A stretch of DNA of 64,000 nucleotides from Macrostomum hystrix (Eukaryota; Animalia; Platyhelminthes): assembly GCA_950097015.1 (NCBI GenBank), contig CATNEN010000010.1, positions 3,286,001 to 3,350,000 of the forward strand, written 5' to 3'. The notes beneath the pieces are model-generated. The model saw only the letters and a program-made list of their open reading frames with translations. It made no database searches and was not told the DNA's origin. Every line of letters starts with the position of its first letter. The first letter of the stretch is position 1. A program made the translations under genes and the position numbers. Positions 1-11,895 of the stretch are shown piece by piece.

Positions 1-429
1 AGTGCCCAAAGCACTCCTGCAACCAGACCGCCGAGCTAGGTGAACCGCTGGTAGCAGGCGAGCTTGGTCCTCTGCCCCGACTGTGCCGCGTGAATTTTGG
101 CCGTCACAGTCAGCACCTTTCTCGTCTCCAGCGTGTTGAAAACTTCAGGTTAAACAGAAAAGGACTGGAGGCAACAGGTTGTCGGCGTTTACGCCAGCTC
201 AGGCGCAGGCTTGTGGGCCGTGCCTCATCCATAGAGCCGAGCCTCTTGGGGTTGGCCCTTTGGGACCGTGCCGATAAGCACTGCCATCACTGAATGGCAA
301 TTCTGAGAACCTATTACAGCAAGGTGATGAACTGCTGAACTTCTAATTCCTGATTCGCAACTGTGCAGCCTGGTATGCTCAACACTTTTAAGGAGGTTCG
401 CCAGGATTACTGCACTCTGCGCCCTAATG

Positions 430-777
430 ATAATAATAATTGCAGGAGGGCTGCGGGCAATGGCACATCATTTAGTGACCCTCAGCCAGCGAGGAGGCAA
501 TCCCGCCCATTTCACTGCCTCCTGAGCACACACGCACACAGATACTGTACGCAGGCACACGCTCACACTGGTTTATACATCTGCCCTGACTTTCTCATCG
601 TCAGGCAGTTTGCACTTCACTGTGCCTTGGAGGTTGGCTCTCAAGGGCGTGAATTGCACGACAAGCCCCCAAGCCTTCTCTACGCGGCTGCGCCCCAAAT
701 AAATGTGGCCTCGCCGTGGAATCGAAACTCAGGGACCGTGGTGCGAGAGGCAAACGCGTGAACCGCTCTGCCACCGA
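430..777 (-). mobile_element. tRNA-derived SINE (family A), copy 1
   Basis: Minus strand begins TCGGTGGCAGAGCGGTTCACGCG...GAGTTTCGATTCC (Pol III A and B boxes). Body is similar to copies at 39130-39377 and 41073-41300, and it ends in CAGCCCTCCTGCAATTATTATT like the 41 kb copy. Confidence 0.8.
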
Positions 778-1330
778 CCCCCCGCACTCTGCGCCCTGAG
801 GGCAGACAATATCATTGGCTCTAGCTCTGCCTGCGCGCTGATAAGCGATCCTCCTCTAAACCCGGTCCTACCGTGAGCTCAAGAGCTCAAGAGCAATCTC
901 AGGGCTTGCCAGACTCTCTTCTTCATTTTTTTTATCTTTTTAGTCTGCTTAATCGCTGCAACTGTTTCATAACTCCGACAAATATGCAAATTCAAACAAA
1001 TTGGGTTGGTAACGAACAAAAAGTGTCAAATTTACCGCTACCAATCAATTGCCATGATTAGTGTATTTAAATATGCCCAATAGTAAACAATGTGTAAAAC
1101 TCCATAAGTACTATGCGCCACTGACAGCTTTTGTTGCTAAAATTTATTGCACATTATAGTACATAATCTATGATAATGTCTAACAGGTTAAATTTATCCA
1201 AAAATTAATTGAGGCGTAAACAAACTACTGAAACTGCTAATAAAATAAGAAGTGTAGTTCATATGAGACAAGTGATCTTCGATCTATCCAAGATAACTAG
1301 AAAAATTCATGCAGTGTGCGTCTAGTACAG

Positions 1331-2035
1331 CTACAACCAGTAGCCGATTTTATTCCAGCGACCACGGCCCTTGCTCCTCCGACCTGCGCGACCTTTGATG
1401 TTCCAGTAGCCCCCGCCATTAATGGCGGTGTTTCTACCGTTGTTCCAGGTGTTTCCGCCGTTGTTCCAGGAGTTCACGTCATTATTCCAGGTGTTTCCTC
1501 CGTTGTTCCAAGAGCCCGCGGCAGTATTCCAGGTGTTTCCTCCGTTGTTCCAAGAGCCCGCGGCAGTATTCCAGGTGTTTCCTCCGTTGTTCCAAGAGCC
1601 CGCGGCTGTATTCCAGGTGTTTCCTCCGTTGTTCCAAGAGTTCACGTCATTATTCCAGGTGTTTCCTCCGTTGTTCCAAGAACCCGCGGCAGTATTCCAG
1701 GTGTTTCCTCCGTTGTTCCAAGAGCCCGCGGCAGTATTCCAGGTGTTTCCTCCGTTGTTCCAAGAGTTCACGTCATTATTCCAGGTGTTTCCTCCGTTGT
1801 TCCAAGAACCCGCGGCAGTATTCCAGGTGTTTCCTCCGTTGTTCAGGGCATTGCCAGTATTTCTCCAGACCATTTTTCCATTTGTCCTGGTCCAGCTATT
1901 GTCCAAATCAGAATTTGAGGCCATGCTGCTTCTCCGGTAATCGTTTCTCAACGGAGTTGAATCAACAGCGACCAGGATCAGCGCCAGTGCTGCCACTTGA
2001 AGCAGGCGTCTTGTGCAGCCGACTGCTGGGGCCAT
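1331..2035 (-). CDS. Secreted Trp/Asn/Gly-rich heptad-repeat protein (234 aa, unknown family)
   Basis: ATG in good context (accATGg). Hydrophobic signal-peptide-like N-terminus ([16 protein letters not shown]), then 19 W-initiated heptads ([21 protein letters not shown]) and a basic W-containing tail. AATAAA lies on the minus strand at about 1143-1148. Confidence 0.7.
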   Translation of the reverse strand: MAPAVGCTRRLLQVAALALILVAVDSTPLRNDYRRSSMASNSDLDNSWTRTNGKMVWRNTGNALNNGGNTWNTAAGSWNNGGNTWNNDVNSWNNGGNTWNTAAGSWNNGGNTWNTAAGSWNNGGNTWNNDVNSWNNGGNTWNTAAGSWNNGGNTWNTAAGSWNNGGNTWNTAAGSWNNGGNTWNNDVNSWNNGGNTWNNGRNTAINGGGYWNIKGRAGRRSKGRGRWNKIGYWL

Positions 2036-2454
2036 GGTCGATTCTACCTTGTGGCAGGTACTTAAGGTACTTAAAAGTTTGCTTAGGGTCCAACAAGAGC
2101 TCGATATCTTATTGTGTCAGCTTGGCCAATATAAATACCCTTTGCAAGCCGAGTAGTGGGTACTTTTGGAGTGTCGGCATCAACGTGCCATCGCTGAAAC
2201 CGGATAAAACCTGATTATCTGCACGCATTAGAAGAAATTTCAGGGAAAAAAAATTCGCTGCAGCCAGGTGCAGGCTTGGCAATTAGCAAATTCGCTCTTC
2301 ACGAGGAGTCGAAGAGATTGAATCGCGAAAAGTTATTCAATAATTTGCGAACGCTCTTAACAAGCTACCAAAGCCAGCGTTTAGCGACCCTTGATTGAAA
2401 GCGAAAGGGGCGCGAGCCATTTTCCACTTCCTGGTGAAACACAGGTGAAATGCT

Positions 2455-3600
2455 TCTGTTCACTTTCCCGGTGAAATGCTTCAGTACACTTTCCCGGTGA
2501 AATCCTTCTATAAAATTTCCCGGTGAAATGCTTCTGTACACTTTCCCGATGAAATGCTTCAGTACACTTTCTCGGTGAAATGCTTCAGTACACTTTCCCG
2601 GTGAAATCCTTCTATAAAATTTCCCGGTGAAATGCTTCTGTACACTTTCCCGATGAAATGCTTCAGTACACTTTCCCGGTGAAATGCTTCAGTACACTTT
2701 CCCGGTGAAATGCTTCAGTACACTTTCCCGGTGAAATGCTTCAGTACACTTTCCCGATGAAATGCTTCAGTACACTTTCCCGGTGAAATGCTTCAGTACA
2801 CTTTCTCGGTGAAATGCTTCAGTACACTTTCCCGGTGAAATCCTTCTATAAAATTTCCCGGTGAAATGCTTCTGTACACTTTCCCGATGAAATGCTTCAG
2901 TACACTTTCCCGGTGAAATGCTTCAGTACACTTTCCCGGTGAAATGCTTCAGTACACTTTCCCGATGAAATGCTTCAGTACACTTTCCCGGTGAAATGCT
3001 TCAGTACACTTTCCCGGTGAAATGCTTCAGTACACTTTCCCGGTGAAATGCTTCAGTACACTTTCCCGGTGAAATGCTTCAGTACACTTTCCCGGTGAAA
3101 TGCTTCTGTACACTTTCCCGGTGAAATGCTTCAGTACACTTTCCCGGTGAAATGCTTCTGTACACTTTCCCGGTGAAATGCTTCAGTACACTTTCCCGGT
3201 GAAATGCTTCTGTACACTTTCCCGGTGAAATGCTTCTGTACACTTTCCCGGTGAAATGCTTCAGTACACTTTCCCGGTGAAATGCTTCAGTACACTTTCC
3301 CGGTGAAATGCTTCTGTACACTTTCCCGGTGAAATGCTTCTGTACACTTTCCCTGTTAAATCCTTCTATAAAATTTCCCGGTGAAATGCTTCTGTACACT
3401 TCAAGCATTATGTGTACAGAAGTACTCTATATGGGGTTGCGCCCCATATAGAGTACATTTGGGGCGCATACGCCTCATTCTCTCTCTCTCTCTCTTTTCT
3501 CTGTCCTGACTTCTGTACACTTTCCCTGTTAAATCCTTCTATAAAATTTCCCGGTGAAATACTCCTGTACACTTTCCCGGTAAAATCATTCCTAAGACTT
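2455..3600. repeat. 26-bp minisatellite (CCCGGTGAAATGCTTCAGTACACTTT)
   Basis: Tandem copies read directly; the ORFs at 3079-3635 are repeat artefacts. Confidence 0.95.
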
Positions 3601-4996
3601 TCACTATGAGCATTTTTCTGTTCAGTAACTGCCAAGTGATTACTTGCTACTCATCGGAAGGCAAAGTATTGGATTAATAGAATTTTCTTTTGGAGTAAAA
3701 AATACTAGCAGAAAGTCGAAATACTGAAGAAAAGATCATGCTCACAAGACTTGAGCAATCGATTTTACTGCCTACCATTCCAGGAAGTGCGCTGCGGATG
3801 CTGGGAGGGCTGCATGCTCCGGGATCCGAGATGGGATTTGGCTGATTCCCTTAGGGGAGATTCTTCCTACAGCGCTGGAGGAGGAGTCAGGAAAGTTTAT
3901 CTCTAGCTGCAGCTACGGGAATCCCTATTGACTTTTGGCCAGTGGGCTGAGCAAAGCGGCCTACAGAACACTTCGACCAGCCTGGGATCGATATTCGTTC
4001 GTGGCAATGCCTCTGCACTGCTTCGTCCCTACATCGCTGCGCCTGACTATTTTGTGCGGGCTGTAACTCGCCAATTAATCTCTCACTAAAACTTGCCCCA
4101 CGATCAAGCGCACAGACTCTGGGACATTGTCGAATGACTCACTCCGTTGAGCTGATCAGCTTTGCGACTCTCGTTAATCCGTCGCGGATTTAATAATGCT
4201 AGCACCGGCCATCCCAAAAAATGCTTGCAGGAACCCAACTTTCTCACCCACCCTCCGTGTGACTCCATAGAAACCCTCCCCCGACTAACAAGCAGAGCTC
4301 ATTGCTTTTAGAAGGGCTTTTAGAACGGCAATAATGACGTAACACGCGATATCACACAGCTCGCAATATCAACAGCATGCGGCTGTGCCCTAAAGCGATG
4401 GATCAAAGGCAATCAAGTTGCTATAGACTGAGACTGCAAGATTGCGTCAATCATCTTTACTATACCAAGCTTTAGTCTTCGGTCACCAGTTCTTCCCGGC
4501 ACCATCAGCCACACTCCCCTTCTGTGACTTCCTTCTCCCATCTCTGCCACCATGAGGCCCTTTTATCTCGCTCTGCAATATATCTTCTCACTCTCCCTTC
4601 CAGCCTCCTTCTATCCTATATATTTCCCTATCTCTATCCACCATTTCTTCCCCGCTATAATCTCTTTAATTTTGCTTTCTACTGTTCTCGTATTTTATTT
4701 ATTTCACAATTCATTATTTGATCCGTCCGTCTCAGGGCTTGAAATCCGTTTGTGATTTCTGTTCGGCAAGCATTTCCTACCAAATGCTCGTTATAAATTT
4801 CACAAGACAGACGCCTTGAATTCTTCATGGACTTAAGGACAGGCGCTGAGCTGTCTGTGTGTTGTGCAATTATGGATCCCTGTCCGTGCATGTCCCAGTC
4901 ACAGGTATGCGGCAAACAGCAAACAGAACAACAGCTGCGACAGACAACCCAACCTGGACCAAACAATAACACTGGAGCATCAGCTGCCGCTTCAGC

Positions 4997-5124
<128 letters not shown>

Positions 5125-5238
5125 CGAATGTAAAGAAACCACGCACACAGAGTAGGAATCTCTCTTAATTGCAAGTTGAATCTGTCGACCAATATTTCGG
5201 CCCTTTCTGGGCCTTCGTCAGGGTCCGTTTATTTGAAG
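5125..5238 (-). mobile_element. Penelope-like element pseudo-LTR fragment inside the (AGAT)n microsatellite
   Basis: About 115-bp unique insert splitting the AGAT array. It carries a minimal type I hammerhead motif, a hallmark of PLE terminal repeats. Confidence 0.6.
5187..5225 (-). ncRNA. Minimal type I hammerhead ribozyme
   Basis: Minus strand reads GACC-CUGACGA-A-GGCCC-AGAAA-GGGCC-GAAA-UA-U-U-GGUC: conserved core, 5-bp stem II, stem I GACC/GGUC and a palindromic AUAU in place of stem III. Confidence 0.75.
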
Positions 5239-6374
5239 AGATAGATAGATAGATAGATAGATAGATATGTAGATAGATCCATGAATTCCATGAATCATTC
5301 ACTGTTCAAAAATTTCCCGAGACTCTCGTTCGCGCTTGACAAGCAGACTCCAGCAGGCCACCTGCAATTCGCACTGCGAGCGCGCCAGTCTTTGTCCCGT
5401 CAGTGTCTTTGTTATCAGCCGGCCCTTGACAACCTGGCAACCAGAAATTCTGCTTCAGCTTGTCTTCTTGCGCTACAAATAAGTGGCAGCTAGTTTATAT
5501 CATTGGGGGCCAATGAGGTTTGGACACAAATAAATAAGCAGATTTCCTGTTCCGCTTACATGACTGCCTGAGTGCGCCAATTCAGAATGACAAATCTTTT
5601 TGAACTGCTGAGTCACTGCCGAGACGGCTCTAGAATAACTTCCAGTTCAGCCCCTTCATTAGCTTTAGGAAATGAATAGCATCAGCCAAGACAGCCGAGA
5701 ACAGGTGTGAGGCTTGGATGAATGCTTTGTACGCAGCCTTCTAGCACAAAAGGCGGCAGCAACAGCAACAGCAGCAGCGGATAGATGGGCCAGCTGATGG
5801 GAGGCTATCAGCAGGCAGCACATTGTGCACCGTCTGTCAGCTTAACAAAAAGCGGGGGCTCCATGTTAGAGGCAGTAAAACTGAGCGGAGAGGAAGGTTC
5901 TCACACGGCCTGCTCAGAGGGGGGTCGCGTAGGCCAGCCACCTCCGCGGTTCCCACTCCGCTCAGCTGGGTTCGCGTTGTTGCCGTGGGACCCGCGTTGT
6001 TGGCACCCCTGGGAAAATTTCATCGCTTAGTCCAGTTGCGATGCGAATTTACCAAGTCCACCTGCCGCCTTCCACCCTGCTTATCGAGTTAAAACTGCCT
6101 TTGCAAACCAGATGAAGCCTTGTGTTCCCATGCTGCCTTGGGGCCCAGCAACCCCCTGGAAACAGGAAATTCCACTGGCGGTGACTGACTCATGTTGCTA
6201 GCAATTTACTCCGCTTGGCGTGTCTGTGCGATAAGCAAGTTTATCTGCTCAGCAACCTCACACCTGCCTGACTGTCTACTCCTGGGTCTGCGCGTGTCTT
6301 TTTGTTTGTTTCTTCTGTGAGCTTAGAGTCCATACACCTGACAGCTTGCCACTCATTCACAAGCTTCCAATTGA

Positions 6375-6950
6375 TCTACCTCCTACTCTCACAGCTGCGC
6401 CTCCTACTCTCAAAGCTGTACCTCCTGCTCTCACAGCTGCACCTCCTGCTCTCACAGCTGTACCTCCTGCTCTCACAGCTGCGCCTCCTACTCTCAAAGC
6501 TGTACCTCCTACTCTCACAGCTGTGCCTCCTGCTCTCACAGCTGTACCTCCTGCTCTCACAGCTGCACCTCCTACTCTCAAAGCTGTACCTCCTGCTCTC
6601 ACAGCTGTACCTCCTGCTCTCACAGCTGTACCTCCTGCTCTCACAGCTGCACCTCCTACTCTCAAAGCTGTACCTCCTGCTCTCACAGCTGTGCCTCCTG
6701 CTCTCACAGCTGCACCTCCTACTCTCACAGCTGTACCTCCTGCTCTCACAGCTGCGCCTCCTGCTCTCACAGCTGCACCTCCTGCTCTCACAGCTGCACC
6801 TCCTGCTCTCACAGCTGTACCTCCTGCTCTCACAGCTGCGCCTCCTACTCTCAAAGCTGTACCTCCTGCTCTCACAGCTGTGCCTCCTGCTCTCACAGCT
6901 GCACCTCCTACTCTCACAGCTGTACCTCCTACTCTCACAGCTGTACCCCC
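6375..6950. repeat. 21-bp minisatellite (ACAGCTGTACCTCCTGCTCTC)
   Basis: Tandem copies; most units contain CAGCTG. Overlapping ORFs are artefacts. Confidence 0.95.
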
Positions 6951-7886
6951 TTACTCTCACAGCTTTATCTCTCACAGCTCCACTTTTTAACTCTCACAGA
7001 TTCACCTCTTACTTCATGTTGCCTATTTCCAGCCTGGGTATCTATCCATTAAATTGGCAAGTTGCACCTGACTCGAGCCTATGTGCAGTCCGATCCGGGT
7101 GCAAGGGTGTCGTTGTTTGCAGCTGTCAATCAATTATGCTAATTCAACAAACTTTCTTGCCATTTATCGAATTCTACAATACTTCTGTATTTATGTTTGC
7201 ACCTCCCTTTGTGGAGACGCTCGTATCGAAAGCAATGAAATTTTCTTCTTCATCACTAAATTAAATGCTTAAGTACCTTTAAATCAGCGAGTGTATATTT
7301 CTGTGCTGTGACAACTCGATGGCAAAGTTTTGTATTTACAGTGAGTGACAGTAGGCATATCAAAGCAATATATAGCAGGCTTGAGACATTAAATAGTTTT
7401 TATTGGGAAGAAAAATCAACAGCTGTGATTTCTTAACAGGAAGAATGCGTGCCAGCAGTGGGCAGTGCAGCTGTGACAGTTGAATTCTATTAGGGCAATC
7501 TGCGGATATAGCTAAACGGTTGCTATGGGCAGCTGACACGGCGATAGCAGCAGAGTTCTTCAGGTGCGGCCCGCAATCAAAGTGGCCGATAACTGAAACA
7601 CAAATCAGCCACATCGAAATAATTTTAGGGACTCAACTAGAACAAAGGAAAGATGAAATTCTAGAAGGTTGATAGACTCCCAAATTACTCACCGGTGATA
7701 GCACTGCTCAGTAGTGCCGGTCAATGCGACTTTCGACTGTAATCCTCAGATAATCCTTCGCTCAGCGAAATCTGGGCCTGCGGGTGGGACATTGTTTAGA
7801 GTTGAGAATCGAGGATTATCCGGTGATTTTGTAGATTCAAATCCCAACACCTAGTTTCTTATTTGGCGCATTTCATCTTTCATTAT

Positions 7887-8411
7887 TCACCGACAATGTC
7901 CCATAGAATTCGGCCTTCTTAGTCCCAATCTCCATGGCAACAGCCATGGCAACAGAGAAGGCAGGCAAATCCCAGCACTCACACTCAGCGTCTGGGTCTG
8001 CGCCGGCAGAAGCGACGAGGACAACAATGGCGAGGCCTGCCTGATGGGCTCAGGGCAGGAAGCTGCCGCACAGTTGACGTCGGCAAACGGCCTCCTGACT
8101 GCGGCGGAGGCCGCGGCCAGCGCAGCCGCCCGGTAGAAGTCGCCGGTGAGCTGGTCGGTGAGCTGCTCCTCCAGATCGATGATGTAATCGATGGCGGCCT
8201 GCAGGATCTGCAGCTGGCCGCGGTGGCACTCGGAGCTGACGCCGGCCTTGGCCAGCCAGGGAATCGAGCGGTGCAGCTGCTCGAAGCTCTCGACCACGTC
8301 GCACATCTCCTCCTCGTTGGCGAAGTCGGCCCGGTTGAAATTCTCGGAGTAGCAAGCCGACGGTGCCGGTGCCGCCGCCGCCTGGTCCTTGACTTTGGTC
8401 TGGGTCTCCAT
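7887..8411 (-). CDS. ID: ID/extramacrochaetae-like HLH protein lacking a basic region
   Basis: MCDVVESFEQLHRSIPW...QLQILQAAIDYIIDLEEQL matches the ID/emc HLH (helix 2 EILQHVIDYILDLQ) with an acidic rather than basic segment in front. ATG at 8411; minus-strand AATAAA at about 7399-7404. Confidence 0.8.
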   Translation of the reverse strand: METQTKVKDQAAAAPAPSACYSENFNRADFANEEEMCDVVESFEQLHRSIPWLAKAGVSSECHRGQLQILQAAIDYIIDLEEQLTDQLTGDFYRAAALAAASAAVRRPFADVNCAAASCPEPIRQASPLLSSSLLPAQTQTLSVSAGICLPSLLPWLLPWRLGLRRPNSMGHCR

Positions 8412-8624
8412 TCTGAGTTGACTGAGAGTTGCTATGCGAGATGGAAAGAGAAGGTTTGAGTAGGCCTGGGGCTTGTGGAGAAAGGTCGGGGAAATCGCAG
8501 TCAAGGCCAAACTTGTGCACGCCTCGTTTTATCCTAGGGACGGATCTGGTTGGGGAGGGCGCGAGAGGATGCGCGGGGTTGCGCCGAACGAACAGGCCCT
8601 GGGGTCTGACAGCCAATGAGAGCG

Positions 8625-9014
8625 CATCTGGCTGGCAGTGCGGTCACAGCTGCGCACCCCATTTTAGGGCGGAAGGGAAGTGAAGGAGAGGGAGGTAGGG
8701 GAGACGCGTGAGGCTGGCAGCACCTGGCACTCCAGCCAGCCCTGCAGCTTTAGGGAGAAAGTTTAGCATAAGCATGATGAGGCCGATGATTGGAACAAGG
8801 GACGCTGGCAGTTAAGCGAGGGGGATTTTGGAATCTATCGCATCCCATCCACCCCAAGCTGCACCTGCTGCCCCGCAGTCACTCCGCATCCCCACCTGCC
8901 TTGCAGGTCCTCATCACTGCTCAGTGCACTGCATGTATTATGCAGCAGCGAGGCGGGAACAGCCAGGTGCGGAGTGTGACTGGTGCCGCTCAGCTGCAGC
9001 TGACGGCACACCTG
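8625..9014. promoter_or_regulatory. E-box cluster upstream of the ID gene
   Basis: CATCTG 8625, CAGCTG 8647, CACCTG 8721, CACCTG 8862, CAGGTG about 8964, CAGCTG 8991 and 8997, CACCTG 9009. Confidence 0.4.
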
Positions 9015-9209
9015 GCCTGCGAATTCAGCATTCAAAAGACCGCACACCGGGGACACCGCTGCGTGGCAGTCAAAGAGATGAGACCCCACACTGGCAAACT
9101 CGGCCAGCGCTCTTGCATATTTGATTTTGTTACTTCTATAGAAAATGTAACCCAAATTTACTGCCATTACACCGAAACTGAGTTCCTCAACTATAACAAA
9201 ACTATAATC

Positions 9210-10600
9210 CCAAAATGACTATTCTTTGAGGTTCCTAAACAATCCCAAAATGAACATTCGTTTAGGTTCCTAAACAATCCCAAAATGACCATTCTTTAAG
9301 GTTCCTAAACAATCCAAAAATGACCATTCTTTAAGGTTCCTAAACAATCCAAAAATGACCATTCTTTTAGGTTCCTAAACAATCCAAAAATGACCATTCT
9401 TTTAGGTTCCTAAACAATCCCAAAATGACCATTCTTTAAGGTTCCTAAACAATCCAAAAATGACCATTCTTTTAGGTTCCTAAACAATCCAAAAATGACC
9501 ATTCTTTTAGGTTCCTAAACAATCCCAAAATGACCATTCTTTAAGGTTCCTAAACAATCCAAAAATGACCATTCTTTTAGGTTCCTAAACAATCCCAAAA
9601 TGAACATTCTTTTAGGTTCCTAAACAATCCCAAAAATGACCATTCTTTTAGGTTCCTAAACAATCCCAAAATGACCATTCTTTTAGGTTCCTAAACAATC
9701 CAAAAATGACCATTCTTTTAGGTTCCTAAACAATCCAAAAATGACCATTCTTTTAGGTTCCTAAACAATCCCAAAATGACCATTCTTTAAGGTTCCTAAA
9801 CAATCCAAAAATGACCATTCTTTTAGGTTCCTAAACAATCCAAAAATGACCATTCTTTTAGGTTCCTAAACAATCCCAAAATGACCATTCTTTAAGGTTC
9901 CTAAACAATCCAAAAATGACCATTCTTTTAGGTTCCTAAACAATCCCAAAATGAACATTCTTTTAGGTTCCTAAACAATCCCAAAAATGACCATTCTTTT
10001 AGGTTCCTAAACAATCCCAAAATGACCATTCTTTTAGGTTCCTAACAATCCCAAAAATGACCATTCTTTTAGGTTCCTAAACAATCCCAAAATGACCATT
10101 CTTTTAGGTTCCTAAACAATCCCAAAATGACCATTCTTTAAGGTTCCTAAACAATCCAAAAATGACCATTCTTTTAGGTTCCTAAACAATCCCAAAATGA
10201 CCATTCTTTAAGGTTCCTAAACAATCCCAAAATGACCATTCTTTAAGGTTCCTAAACAATCCAAAAATGACCATTCTTTTAGGTTCCTAAACAATCCCAA
10301 AATGAACATTCTTTTAGGTTCCTAAACAATCCCAAAAATGACCATTCTTTTAGGTTCCTAAACAATCCCAAAATGACCATTCTTTTAGGTTCCTAAACAA
10401 TCCCAAAAATGACCATTCTTTTAGGTTCCTAAACAATCCCAAAATGACCATTCTTTTAGGTTCCTAAACAATCCCAAAATGACCATTCTTTAAGGTTCCT
10501 AAACAATCCAAAAATGACCATTCTTTTAGGTTCCTAAACAATCCCAAAATGACCATTCTTTAAGGTTCCTAAACAATCCCAAAATGACCATTCTTTTAGG
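9210..10600. repeat. 35-bp minisatellite (AAATGACCATTCTTTTAGGTTCCTAAACAATCCCA)
   Basis: Tandem copies read directly. Confidence 0.95.
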
Positions 10601-11104
10601 TCCACAAAATAACACAAAAGCAACACAAAGAGCCGAAGTCGTGAGTAAAATGGTGTCTGTTGAGTCTACTATATTGATTAATTAACAATTTGTTTATAGA
10701 AAGCAATGCAACGCAGAGCAATTCGATCCGACAATGCTTCAAGCATGAGGAAATGTAGCGAGATGCTTGCGCAGGAAGGAAGCCCCGCATGCAGTCTATG
10801 TCTGGGTTGCTGCATACTTTTTCTAAATATATACATATTGTACTAACACCTGTAGGAATCTGAATTGGTTGTATGCGAAACAAAGTTTTATACTCTCCTA
10901 TTCAAACTCTCCACGTCCCACGAAGTCTGCTTGATTTAATCAGGCCCCTCCAAGTTGGTGAATTTGTGGCTGAAAAATGATACAGCAACTTAACTATAAA
11001 GTTACTTCATTGTCTGGACTGCATATGAGAGTTTATCAGACTGGAATCTGTGTACAGCTGCCCTGACCCAGTTTCTGACATTAGGCGGCTTTTCACGTGT
11101 CCTG

Positions 11105-11895
11105 GTGTCTAGAATGAGATTCTTCTAGTCTAGTATGAGATTCTTCTAGTCTAGAATGAGATTCTTCTAGTCTAGTATGAGATTCTTCTAGTCTAGAATG
11201 AGATTCTTCTAGTCTAGTATGAGATTCTTCTAGTCTAGAATGAGATTCTTCTAGTCTAGTATGAGATTCTTCTAGTCTAGAATGAGATTCTTCTAGTCTA
11301 GAATGAGATTCTTCTAGTCTAGTATGAGATTCTTCTAGTCTAGAATGAGATTCTTCTAGTCTAGTATGAGATTCTTCTAGTCTAGAATGAGATTCTTCTA
11401 GTCTAGAATGAGATTCTTCTAGTCTAGAATGAGATTCTTCTAGTCTAGAATGAGATTCTTCTAGTCTAGAATGAGATTCTTCTAGTCTAGAATGAGATTC
11501 TTCTAGTCTAGAATGAGATTCTTCTAGCCTAGTATGAGATTCTTCTAGTCTAGTATGAGATTCTTCTAGTCTAGTATGAGATTCTTCTAGTCTAGTATGA
11601 GATTCTTCTAGTCTAGTATGAGATTCTTCTAGTCTAGTATGAGATTCTTCTAGTCTAGAATGAGATTCTTCTAGTCTAGTATGAGATTCTTCTAGTCTAT
11701 TATGAGATTCTTCTAGTCTATTATCAGATTCTTCTAGTCTAGTATGAGATTCTTCTAGTAAAGTATGAGATTCTTTTTGCCTAGAATGAGATTATTCTAT
11801 CCTAGGGTGAGTTTATCTATCCTAGGGTGATATTATCTATCCTAGGGTGAGATTATTTATCCTAGGGTAAGATTATCTATCCTAGGGTGAGATTC
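11105..11895. repeat. 21-bp minisatellite (TCTAGAATGAGATTCTTCTAG)
   Basis: Tandem copies with internal dyads (AGAAT-GAG-ATTCT; CTAG-T-CTAG); the array degenerates at its right edge. Confidence 0.95.

Noticed and set aside
1-300. Possible LINE RT C-terminal relic (RRLRQLRRRLVGR...LALW)
   Set aside because: Only vague resemblance to RTE-type motifs; no diagnostic RT residues in the window.
585-610. CTGACGA...GAAA in SINE A as a hammerhead
   Set aside because: No stem II and stem I does not pair; better explained as a simple hairpin.
1316-1940. Plus-strand ORFs ([14 protein letters not shown]; [10 protein letters not shown])
   Set aside because: Antisense readings of the W/N/G repeat; no true ATG or signal peptide, unlike the minus-strand frame.
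3770-4060. Possible decayed RLE-type retrotransposon C-terminus (...IFVRGNASALL)
   Set aside because: One short motif, wrong spacing to the upstream motifs and interrupted frames; needs a profile search.
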